Position numbers and translations under genes: made by a program. DNA of 64,000 nucleotides from Sedimentisphaerales bacterium (GTDB lineage: Bacteria > Planctomycetota > Phycisphaerae > Sedimentisphaerales > SM23-30): positions 1-64,000 of the forward strand of contig CAXXFK010000006.1 of NCBI GenBank assembly GCA_963663965.2. The letters are read 5' to 3'. Of the stretch, positions 51,268-59,379 are shown in pieces; position 1 is the first letter of the stretch; every line of letters starts with the position of its first letter. Under the pieces are notes generated by a model. That model saw only the letters and a program-made list of their open reading frames with translations, did no database searches and was not told the origin of the DNA.

Positions 51268-52983
51268 ATGACCGACAAAACAAATGTATCGCCGACGATG
51301 ACCGGAGCAAAGGTTCTGGTTGAGTCTCTGCGTCGCGAAAATGTCGAAATGATTTTCGGCTATCCTGGCGGAGTTGTGCTGCCGCTTTTCGACGAGTTGT
51401 TCGACGGCCCGTTCAATTTTATTCTGACGCGTCATGAACAGGGCGCTACCCATATGGCCGATGCCTATGCCCGCACGACCGGCAAGGTAGGTGTCGTGCT
51501 GGTGACCAGCGGCCCCGGCGCCTGTAATACCATCACCGGTATTGCCACGGCTTTTATGGATTCAGTACCTATGGTGATTATCACCGGGCAGGTAAAAACC
51601 TTCATGATCGGTAATGATGCGTTCCAGGAAGCCGATGTGACCGGCATAACCCGTCCGATAACCAAACATAATTTTATAATTAAGGATCCCCGTGATCTGG
51701 CTCGCACTGTGCACGAGGCGTTTCATATTGCCCGTACCGGCCGACCCGGTCCGGTCCTGATCGATCTGCCGGTGGATGTGACCACTGCACAGGCTCCTCT
51801 GGGACGTGGATCGGAAGATATTGACCTGCCCGGTTATCATCCGCGTACTGAAGGGCATATGAGACAGATCAAGCGGGCTGCCGAGGCGATTAATGCCGCA
51901 GAGCGGCCAGTCGTTTACTCCGGTGGCGGGGTCCTCAGTAGTGGGGCTTCACAGGAACTCCGTGATCTGGTAAACAAGGCCAATATGCCTATCACCACCA
52001 CGCTGCTGGGCCTGGGCGCTTTTGATGAAAATGATCCCAAATCGCTGCATATGCTGGGAATGCATGGCACGGCCTATGCTAATTTCGCGGTACAGGAGTG
52101 CGATCTTCTCATCGCCATAGGCGCCCGTTTCGATGACCGCATTACCGGTGATGTCAAACGGTTTGCCCCCAATGCCCGGATTATTCATATCGATATTGAT
52201 CCCACCAGTATCTCTAAAAGCGTTAAAGTGGATATCCCGGTCGTGGGCGATGCCCGCAATATTCTGCAACTGTTGATTCCCCTGATTGTGTATCGGGAGC
52301 GAACACCCTGGTTTGCCCGCGTCAACGAATTAAAACAGAAATATCCGCTGACCTACGATAATAGTGGCGAAGGAATCAAGCCCCAATATGTCATCGAAGA
52401 ACTCAGCCGTCAAACCGCGGGCAAGTCGATTATTACCACCGGCGTTGGTCAGCACCAGATGTGGACTGCGCAGTATTACCGGTTCAATCAACCGCGTCAT
52501 TTTGTCAGTTCCGGCGGTTTGGGGACGATGGGATTTGGTTTCCCCGCGGCGATTGGCGCCCAACTGGCCAATCCGGACGCTCAGGTGATCTGCATCGATG
52601 GCGACAGCAGTTTCAGTATGACGCTTTTTGAACTGCCAACCGCCGTGGAGCATAAATTGCCGGTGAAAGTCTGTATCCTGAACAATGGCTATATGGGCAT
52701 GGTCCGGCAATGGCAGGAGTTGTTCTATAACAAGCGTTATTCCAAGAGCTATCTGAAACATCCCTGCTTTGCCAAAGTGGCTGAATCGTTTGGCGCGGCA
52801 GGTTATGTCGTTGAAAAGAAATCCGAAGTCCCGGTCACTATTGAGAAAATGCTCAAAGAAGACCGGTGCTGTGTGGTCGATTTCCATATTGAGCCGGAAG
52901 AGAACGTCTGGCCGATGGTGGCGGTGGGCAAAGGATTGCATGAAATGTCAGGCTTGCCAACCTCCGATAGCGAAAAGGTTTGA
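51268..52983 (+). CDS. ilvB: Acetolactate synthase large subunit, copy 2
   Basis: FGYPGG, RHEQGA, TGRPGPVLIDLP, GARFDDRITG, MVRQWQ; AAGGAG RBS before ATG 51268; directly followed by ilvN. Confidence 0.95.
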   Translation: MTDKTNVSPTMTGAKVLVESLRRENVEMIFGYPGGVVLPLFDELFDGPFNFILTRHEQGATHMADAYARTTGKVGVVLVTSGPGACNTITGIATAFMDSVPMVIITGQVKTFMIGNDAFQEADVTGITRPITKHNFIIKDPRDLARTVHEAFHIARTGRPGPVLIDLPVDVTTAQAPLGRGSEDIDLPGYHPRTEGHMRQIKRAAEAINAAERPVVYSGGGVLSSGASQELRDLVNKANMPITTTLLGLGAFDENDPKSLHMLGMHGTAYANFAVQECDLLIAIGARFDDRITGDVKRFAPNARIIHIDIDPTSISKSVKVDIPVVGDARNILQLLIPLIVYRERTPWFARVNELKQKYPLTYDNSGEGIKPQYVIEELSRQTAGKSIITTGVGQHQMWTAQYYRFNQPRHFVSSGGLGTMGFGFPAAIGAQLANPDAQVICIDGDSSFSMTLFELPTAVEHKLPVKVCILNNGYMGMVRQWQELFYNKRYSKSYLKHPCFAKVAESFGAAGYVVEKKSEVPVTIEKMLKEDRCCVVDFHIEPEENVWPMVAVGKGLHEMSGLPTSDSEKV

Positions 52984-53047
52984 TGATCATAAAACTGAAA
53001 TCGGGCCGAAAGACCCGCTGACAAGATAAAGATAAAAAGGAATAACC

Positions 53048-53533
53048 ATGAAAAGGACAATAAGCGCATTAGTTCAAAATAAACCCGGGGTACTGGCGCA
53101 TGTAGCCGGTATGTTCGCGGCTCGTGGATTTAATATCGATTCGCTGGCCGTTGGCCGCACCGACGACCCCAATTTAAGTCGCATGACGATTGTTGTGATT
53201 GGCGATGACAGTGTGATCGAACAGGTTCGTAAACAGTTGGGCAAGATCATACCCATTGTCAAAGTGTATGATTATACCGCAGAACGCCTGGTTCAGCGTG
53301 ATCTGATGTTGATTAAAGTTGCGGCTACTCCGGACAAACGGCCGGAAATTCAGTCTCTGGTTGAAATGTTCCAGGGGCGCGTGGTTGATATTGATCCCCG
53401 TTCGGTCGTTGTCGAAATTGCCGGACCGGAAGAAAAAATTGAAGCCTTTATTGACATGTGCCGCCCCTATGGAGTAAAAGATTTGGTCAGAACCGGCATG
53501 ATTGCCATGCCGCGCTATAGCCGCGAGGGATAA
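53048..53533 (+). CDS. ilvN: Acetolactate synthase small (regulatory) subunit
   Basis: LVQNKPGVLAHVAGMFAARGFNIDSLAVG, SRMTIV, QLGK, LVRTG. Confidence 0.95.
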   Translation: MKRTISALVQNKPGVLAHVAGMFAARGFNIDSLAVGRTDDPNLSRMTIVVIGDDSVIEQVRKQLGKIIPIVKVYDYTAERLVQRDLMLIKVAATPDKRPEIQSLVEMFQGRVVDIDPRSVVVEIAGPEEKIEAFIDMCRPYGVKDLVRTGMIAMPRYSREG

Positions 53534-53602
53534 CCTGCTTGTGGCCAGGACGCGGTTTTAAATATAACTCTTTTAATTTGCTATACTTAAGGAGTATAAA
53601 GC

Positions 53603-54607
53603 ATGAGCGCTAAAATTTATTACGAAGCAGACGCACCCAAAACGGCTCTCGAAGGAAAGACCGTTGCGGTGATCGGATACGGCAGCCAGGGCCATGCCCA
53701 CAGTCAGAATCTGCGTGATAGTGGTATCAATGTGGTCGTAGCCGAACTGGAAGGCACCGCCAATTACAAACTCGCAAAGGAACATGGTTTCAGCCCGTTG
53801 ACTGCGGATGAGGCCGTCAAACAGGGTGACTTGATTATTATTACACTGCCTGATGAAGTGCAGGCCAAAGTCTACGAAGCCGCCATCAAGCCCAACCTCA
53901 CCGCAGGTAAAACCCTTGGATTCTGTCATGGCTTCAATATTAACTTCAAATACATTGTGCCTCCGGCCGATGTGAATGTGGTGATGATCGCGCCCAAAGG
54001 TCCCGGCCATCTGGTTCGCAGCGAATATGAAAAGGGCGGTGGCGTCCCTTGTCTGATCGCTGTTTATCAGAATCCCGGCGGCAATGCCAAAGAGATTGCC
54101 TTGTCCTGGGCCAACGGTATCGGCGGCGCCCGTGCCGGTATTATCGAAACCACCTACCAGGAAGAAACGGAAACGGACCTCTTCGGTGAGCAGGCAGTGC
54201 TGTGTGGTGGTCTTTCCGCGCTGATCAAGGCCGGTTTCGAAACCCTGGTCGAAGCCGGTTACCAACCCGAAATCGCCTATTTCGAATGCATGCATGAAGT
54301 TAAATTGATCGTCGACCTGATGTATAAGGGCGGCATCGACTACATGCGTTACAGTGTCAGCAACACAGCCGAATATGGTGACCTGACCCGTGGTCCGCGA
54401 GTGGTTACTGAACAAACCAAAGCGGAGATGAAGAAAATACTCGGCGAGATTCAACGCGGTGAATTTGCCCGGGAATGGGTGGATGAATATAAGAATGGCT
54501 GCAAGAACTTCAACGCGCTTTATCAGAAAGACAAAAATCACCCCGTTGAAGTTGTCGGGCGTAAATTACGCAAGATGATGGCCTGGATCGATGCTAAGGA
54601 AGTGTGA
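53603..54607 (+). CDS. ilvC: Ketol-acid reductoisomerase
   Basis: [61 protein letters not shown]. Confidence 0.97.
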   Translation: MSAKIYYEADAPKTALEGKTVAVIGYGSQGHAHSQNLRDSGINVVVAELEGTANYKLAKEHGFSPLTADEAVKQGDLIIITLPDEVQAKVYEAAIKPNLTAGKTLGFCHGFNINFKYIVPPADVNVVMIAPKGPGHLVRSEYEKGGGVPCLIAVYQNPGGNAKEIALSWANGIGGARAGIIETTYQEETETDLFGEQAVLCGGLSALIKAGFETLVEAGYQPEIAYFECMHEVKLIVDLMYKGGIDYMRYSVSNTAEYGDLTRGPRVVTEQTKAEMKKILGEIQRGEFAREWVDEYKNGCKNFNALYQKDKNHPVEVVGRKLRKMMAWIDAKEV

Positions 54608-54657
54608 TGGGAACAGAGCGGCTTTTAGCCGTTTCGTTTCGATTACATTCGAGTTTT

Positions 54658-54694
54658 GGGCCCCTGTTCTTTATTGTGACGGGGGCTCTTTATT
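54658..54694 (+). terminator. Intrinsic terminator after ilvC
   Basis: GGGCCCCTGT...ACGGGGGCTC followed by TTTATT. Confidence 0.6.
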
Positions 54695-54726
54695 GTTACC
54701 GGTTGATGATGTGAGTTGAGTGGATC

Positions 54727-55035
54727 ATGACTAATCAGGAAGAAAAATTTGAAATAGTCGAACCCATTGGCAAGCGTGTCTTGATCCGTAAGGATGAAGA
54801 CAAAAAAGAGACCAAAGGGGGGATTCGGCTGCCGGACAATATCGAAATTCCCACGATTACCGGGCGGATCATGGCAGTATCGGCCGAAATCGAGAACGAT
54901 CCACTTCTGCCGCTCAAACAGTATGACAAAATCCTGTTCAATCCCAAAAATGCCATCCCGGTCGATTTTGAAGGTGATAACCGTCTGTTCGTGATCGAAC
55001 TGGAAAATATTGTGGCTGTCTTTCGCCGGAAATAA
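54727..55035 (+). CDS. groES: Co-chaperonin GroES family protein (no adjacent groEL)
   Basis: EPIGKRVLI..ETKGGIRLPD..GRIMAV..DKILF..IVAV. Confidence 0.8.
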   Translation: MTNQEEKFEIVEPIGKRVLIRKDEDKKETKGGIRLPDNIEIPTITGRIMAVSAEIENDPLLPLKQYDKILFNPKNAIPVDFEGDNRLFVIELENIVAVFRRK

Positions 55036-55058
55036 CCGGCTTTTTGGAAAGGGATGAT

Positions 55059-55934
55059 ATGAAACGTCTTTGCGTCCTGATCGTGCTGGTTTGTCTGGCG
55101 CCAGTGGCCCGGGCCTGGCATGGCGAAGGGCATCAGGTGATTACACAAATCGCGGTGCGGCATCTCCCTGGGGAAATGCCCGCTTTTTTTCGTGAAGGCG
55201 CTCTGACGATCGCCGATGCTTCCCTGGATCCGGATATCTTTAAAAAACCGCTTTGTGCCGATGAACTCCACGCGACGGAATACCCCGAGCATTTCCTCGA
55301 TCTGGAATTACTCAAAGGCAATCCCTTGCCGGCCAATCGTCAACAATTTACCGAGTTGTGTTTTCGCATCGAGGCCCGGCCGGACAAGGTCGGCACACTG
55401 CCCTGGGCCATTCTCGAAGGCCAGCAACGGCTGGCAGTCTGTTTTGCCGAATATCGCCAGTGGCCCGAAAATCCGCTGGTACAGGCCCGCACCTTGATTT
55501 ATGCCGGTCTGCTGGCCCATTATGCCCAGGATCTCTGTCAGCCGCTGCATACCACGGTCAATTATGATGGCATTGTTCACCCCGATGGCGCCAAATTGCA
55601 TAAGGGAATCCACCGGAATGTCGATGCCCTGCCCGGCAAATTCAGCGATCCAAACTCAATAGGATTGCCTCCCATGGAATCGATTCAGTCGGATGTATTG
55701 GGCGCCATCAAGCGGCAGTTGATGGATAGCCATCAGCTGGTTTCCGAGTTATACCGGCTGGCGGATTCGATTCCAGCACAAAAGGATCCTATTGTACCGG
55801 ATAGCGCCGCCGATGCGCTCACTCGTCAATATATTACCTGTTCCGCCAGTTTTACTGCCCAACTGTATTGGGCCGCCTGGCAGCAATCCGAAACGATCGA
55901 AATACCCGCCTGGCATTGTCGCCAGGCGCCATGA
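55059..55934 (+). CDS. Secreted S1/P1 nuclease (Zn phospholipase C/P1 fold)
   Basis: Signal peptide ending ARA-W; WHGEGH, PD, HFLD, HYAQDLCQPLH, GIH. Confidence 0.82.
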   Translation: MKRLCVLIVLVCLAPVARAWHGEGHQVITQIAVRHLPGEMPAFFREGALTIADASLDPDIFKKPLCADELHATEYPEHFLDLELLKGNPLPANRQQFTELCFRIEARPDKVGTLPWAILEGQQRLAVCFAEYRQWPENPLVQARTLIYAGLLAHYAQDLCQPLHTTVNYDGIVHPDGAKLHKGIHRNVDALPGKFSDPNSIGLPPMESIQSDVLGAIKRQLMDSHQLVSELYRLADSIPAQKDPIVPDSAADALTRQYITCSASFTAQLYWAAWQQSETIEIPAWHCRQAP

Positions 55935-55951
55935 AATTATGGAGAAGCCTT

Positions 55952-57145
55952 ATGAAACAGTTAATGATTATACTGATGATGCTGATGTTGGCTATTTATG
56001 GTTGCAAACGGACCACTGAACCGGAAACCGGGCCGCAGGATCAAACCCCGACGCCATCAACCCATACACCGGAAACAATAGAAACGCCAGCGCCGGTGGA
56101 TGCCGACGATTCTAAAACAGAGGAAACAACGGTCTCCGAACCGGAAAGCGGTCAGATCGGCTGCAAAGCGACTCCCCTGGATGGTCTGGAATGGGTCAAA
56201 GGCCAGCCGGTAACCATCACTCCCGGAAATATCTATGTTGTGGAATTCTGGGCGACCTGGTGCGGTCCCTGTCGGACCAGCATCCCACATCTGACCGAAT
56301 TACAGAAAAAATACGCTGATCGCAAAGTGACCTTCGTCGGGGTTTCCAATGAAACACTGGACGAGGTGAAGCCGTTTGTTGAAGAACAAGGCGATAAGAT
56401 GAATTATGCCGTGGCGATCGATCCGGATGGTAAAGTGAACGCCGGGTATATGGAAGCTTTTAAAATAGGCGGGATTCCGAATGCGTTTCTGGTGGATGCC
56501 AGTGGGCATATCGTCTGGCAGGGTCATCCGATGGGGGATCTGGAGTCGGTTCTGGAACAGGTGTTGGCCGGCAATTTCGATTACAGGGCTTATGAAAAAA
56601 AGAAGCAGGATGAAATTGCCGAGCGTCAGGCTGCGATTAGAAAGGCCCAGGAAGAATTTGACAATGCAATCGCCGCGATGGACGCGTTAATCGAAAAAGA
56701 GCCCGCCAATCCCGCTCATCGGGTCAAACGGGCCGAAACCTGGCTGGGGGAAAGTTTCGTTACCGATTTGCGCTACCGTCCGGAATATCTGATGAAGGCC
56801 CTGGAGGATTATAAGACAGCCTTGGCCCTGGATCCGCAGGATCCTCTGAAAGTGGCTGACGATATTGCCTTCTTTAAGGCCTGGCAGGGGGCCGAAGACG
56901 CCAGAATCCCGGCGTTGAAAGCCTTTGTTGAGCAATATCCGGACAGTATCCGCAGTCCTTTTGCTCACTATGCCCTGTATTATGATGCGCGTACCAAAGG
57001 AAACCTTCAGGAAGCGGTCGATCATCTTAGTGTTATGGAAAACGCTAAATTAAGCGAGGGGTTTGCCACGTTTGTCGTTAAAACGAAAGAACAGTTGGTT
57101 AACCAGATTCAAAATGTTCAGGAGAATGCCGGACAGGTTGAATAA
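55952..57145 (+). CDS. TlpA/redoxin-family lipoprotein with a C-terminal helical (TPR-like) region
   Basis: Lipobox IYGC; VVEFWATWCGPC; GIPNAFLVD..WQGHP. Confidence 0.85.
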   Translation: MKQLMIILMMLMLAIYGCKRTTEPETGPQDQTPTPSTHTPETIETPAPVDADDSKTEETTVSEPESGQIGCKATPLDGLEWVKGQPVTITPGNIYVVEFWATWCGPCRTSIPHLTELQKKYADRKVTFVGVSNETLDEVKPFVEEQGDKMNYAVAIDPDGKVNAGYMEAFKIGGIPNAFLVDASGHIVWQGHPMGDLESVLEQVLAGNFDYRAYEKKKQDEIAERQAAIRKAQEEFDNAIAAMDALIEKEPANPAHRVKRAETWLGESFVTDLRYRPEYLMKALEDYKTALALDPQDPLKVADDIAFFKAWQGAEDARIPALKAFVEQYPDSIRSPFAHYALYYDARTKGNLQEAVDHLSVMENAKLSEGFATFVVKTKEQLVNQIQNVQENAGQVE

Positions 57146-57187
57146 ATCAATCTCAGTTTAAGAAGCGGATGAGAATAAGCCGTGGGA

Positions 57188-58222
57188 TTAATCATCCTGC
57201 GGCTTTATTTTCGAGCGGGGCAACTGACCGGCCAGCAACTGACCGATGGGTTTGAGCGTGTCAAATTGCATCAGAATAATCCGGATAATAGCCGTGATAG
57301 GCATGGCCAGCAGCATGCCGATAATCCCCCAGAGCAATCCCCAGAACGATAGCGCCAGTACAATGGTGACCGGATGAAGATTCATTCCCTTGCCCATGAG
57401 TTTGGGCTCAAGAATATTGCCGATGGAGATCTGAATGATCCCGGGGATCACGAGGACCCCGGTTATCATCCAGGGATTGTCGTATTGGGCGAACGCAATG
57501 GGCAATGGTAACAAGGTGGCAATAATCGAGCCGATTGACGGAATGAAATTCAATAAAAATACGAACAGGGCGAAGACACCCGCCAGTTGTAGCCGAAACA
57601 GCAACAGGATGATCCATACTCCAATAGCCGTGGCCAGAGAGACCGCGAATTTGGTGGCGATATAGCGCCGAACCCGGGTATCCACTTCGGCATAAATGCC
57701 TTCCTGGATCGCGTAAGGATTGCGGCCGGCCAGCAGGAATAATACAAAAATCGTAACCAGGGTTAACACCGACAAAACGCTCATTAAGGATCCAAACGAG
57801 TTGCCGATCAGACCTGGAATGAGACTTTTTAATTCCTCGGTGAGCATTTCTTTGTTCAAATCGATTCCCATGGTTCCCAGTTTGTCCAGCCCGGTGCGAA
57901 TCAGCCGGGTAAAATCTTCACTGTAGGATCCGGCTGTGGTAATAATCGATTGAAACGATATCATAATGACCAGGCAGATCGTCGTAATGACGATGAATAC
58001 GGCCAATAAAGTTACTGTCAGTGCGATCGAACGGGGAACTTTGTACTTGATGACCTGTAGATCCAGCAAAGGACTGGCCAGTGAGGAAATAAACATCGCC
58101 AGCACAAACGGCACCATGAACGGACGGGTAAAATAGAGTATGAATCCCAGCGCCAGTGCCGCCAGAATCACAGTAGATCCGGTAATCAGCCAGACGGCCT
58201 CTTTACGAAATTGTGATATCAT
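57188..58222 (-). CDS. AI-2E family transporter
   Basis: Multi-TM; FLLNFIPSIGS, LEPKLMG..LHP, FWGLLWGIIGMLLAMP. Confidence 0.92.
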   Translation of the reverse strand: MISQFRKEAVWLITGSTVILAALALGFILYFTRPFMVPFVLAMFISSLASPLLDLQVIKYKVPRSIALTVTLLAVFIVITTICLVIMISFQSIITTAGSYSEDFTRLIRTGLDKLGTMGIDLNKEMLTEELKSLIPGLIGNSFGSLMSVLSVLTLVTIFVLFLLAGRNPYAIQEGIYAEVDTRVRRYIATKFAVSLATAIGVWIILLLFRLQLAGVFALFVFLLNFIPSIGSIIATLLPLPIAFAQYDNPWMITGVLVIPGIIQISIGNILEPKLMGKGMNLHPVTIVLALSFWGLLWGIIGMLLAMPITAIIRIILMQFDTLKPIGQLLAGQLPRSKIKPQDD

Positions 58223-58246
58223 ATCTTGTCCTCAAAGGTGGTTGAC

Positions 58247-58603
58247 TTAGCCGAACCACTTGTGCATCCAGTTTTCCAGAGGGGAACCAAATATCTGTTC
58301 ATGGGCCTGTTGAAAGGCTTCCTGAGAGCAGATACTGCTTTGGATCATTTCTTCCTGATACAGCCACCAGCCGCTGGGCTTCTGTTGCCAGATGAGCTTC
58401 AGGGCGCAAAGAAATTCCTGTCGGCTTGCCAACCCCGGCAGGTTGTCGCGCCAGCCGATGCGAAATCCGTTTTGCTGTAACAGGTCTTTCTGGGCTTCCC
58501 GTTGACGCCGGACACCACGCAGCATGAAGCTGACCTGATCGGGAGCGGCCCCGTGGCTTTGCAGGCGTAATAGTTTTTCCAGATTATCCAGTGAATCTGC
58601 CAT
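58247..58603 (-). CDS. Hypothetical protein
   Basis: 118-aa ATG ORF that fills the gap in a co-directional run with 23-24 nt spacers; no family recognised. Confidence 0.6.
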   Translation of the reverse strand: MADSLDNLEKLLRLQSHGAAPDQVSFMLRGVRRQREAQKDLLQQNGFRIGWRDNLPGLASRQEFLCALKLIWQQKPSGWWLYQEEMIQSSICSQEAFQQAHEQIFGSPLENWMHKWFG

Positions 58604-58626
58604 AATAGGTTAGGTATCATACGGAA

Positions 58627-59355
58627 TTAACGGGCCGGATAACCCGCCGTGGACATATAAAGTACGCTCTCATCAATGCCGTCTACCTGAAGCAGATCGT
58701 TAATCCGGTCATCAAACAGCGCTGCGATCTGACAACTGCCCAGTTCGAGGTTTTCGCAAGCCAGCGCCAGATTCTGGGCGATATGGCCGGCATCCAGATA
58801 AACATAACGATAGGCGCGCTGCCGGTATTTCCATTTGCTGCGCGGGAACACGCCCGTCCAGATGAATACGGCCGCGGCATCCGCGCACATCCGCTGTCCC
58901 AGCGCCGCGTTGGCCACAATACAACGCAGGTCATCCTGCCTTAATAAATGCAGGCCATGTTCAAAAACACCGTAATGATAAAGTCCTCGTTCCAGTTCGG
59001 CGATGTTATTGGCAACCAGGTAAGTTTCTACTGGATAAAGGGCGCCGGCCGATGGCGCGGTTCGCAAGGCGTATCCCCGGGTTTTTAATGTCACTCCATT
59101 GGCAGCCCATAACAAATAGGATAACGATTCCAGACTCAGCGCCCGGTTACGGTAATCCCTGATGCTGCGGCGCCGGCGCAAGAGCTCGGAAAGGGAATGA
59201 TCCTGAACCTGAGGGACCGGCGGCAAAGGAATGAATGCAGCCTCAGGATAATGCTTGCAGGGCTCGGGCTGACGCGACCAGTCCAGGGGTTCACGTGGGA
59301 GCGTATCAGGGCTGTATTTCGATAAACGCTGAAATTCGTCGCCGTAATGGGACAT
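58627..59355 (-). CDS. SagB/ThcOx-family nitroreductase-fold dehydrogenase
   Basis: RRRSIRDY, LSYLLWA, RTAPSAGALYP, KYRQRAYRYVYLDAGHIAQNL. Confidence 0.92.
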   Translation of the reverse strand: MSHYGDEFQRLSKYSPDTLPREPLDWSRQPEPCKHYPEAAFIPLPPVPQVQDHSLSELLRRRRSIRDYRNRALSLESLSYLLWAANGVTLKTRGYALRTAPSAGALYPVETYLVANNIAELERGLYHYGVFEHGLHLLRQDDLRCIVANAALGQRMCADAAAVFIWTGVFPRSKWKYRQRAYRYVYLDAGHIAQNLALACENLELGSCQIAALFDDRINDLLQVDGIDESVLYMSTAGYPAR

Positions 59356-59379
59356 CGCTGCTGGTTTCCATTATGCCGT

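Noticed and set aside
53582..53598. TATACT/AGTATA hairpin over the ilvC RBS
   Set aside because: A 6-bp AT-rich stem is too weak to call regulatory without conservation data.
58627..59355. RiPP (azole) biosynthetic cluster
   Set aside because: No YcaO, precursor peptide or exporter nearby; stand-alone SagB-like nitroreductases are common.
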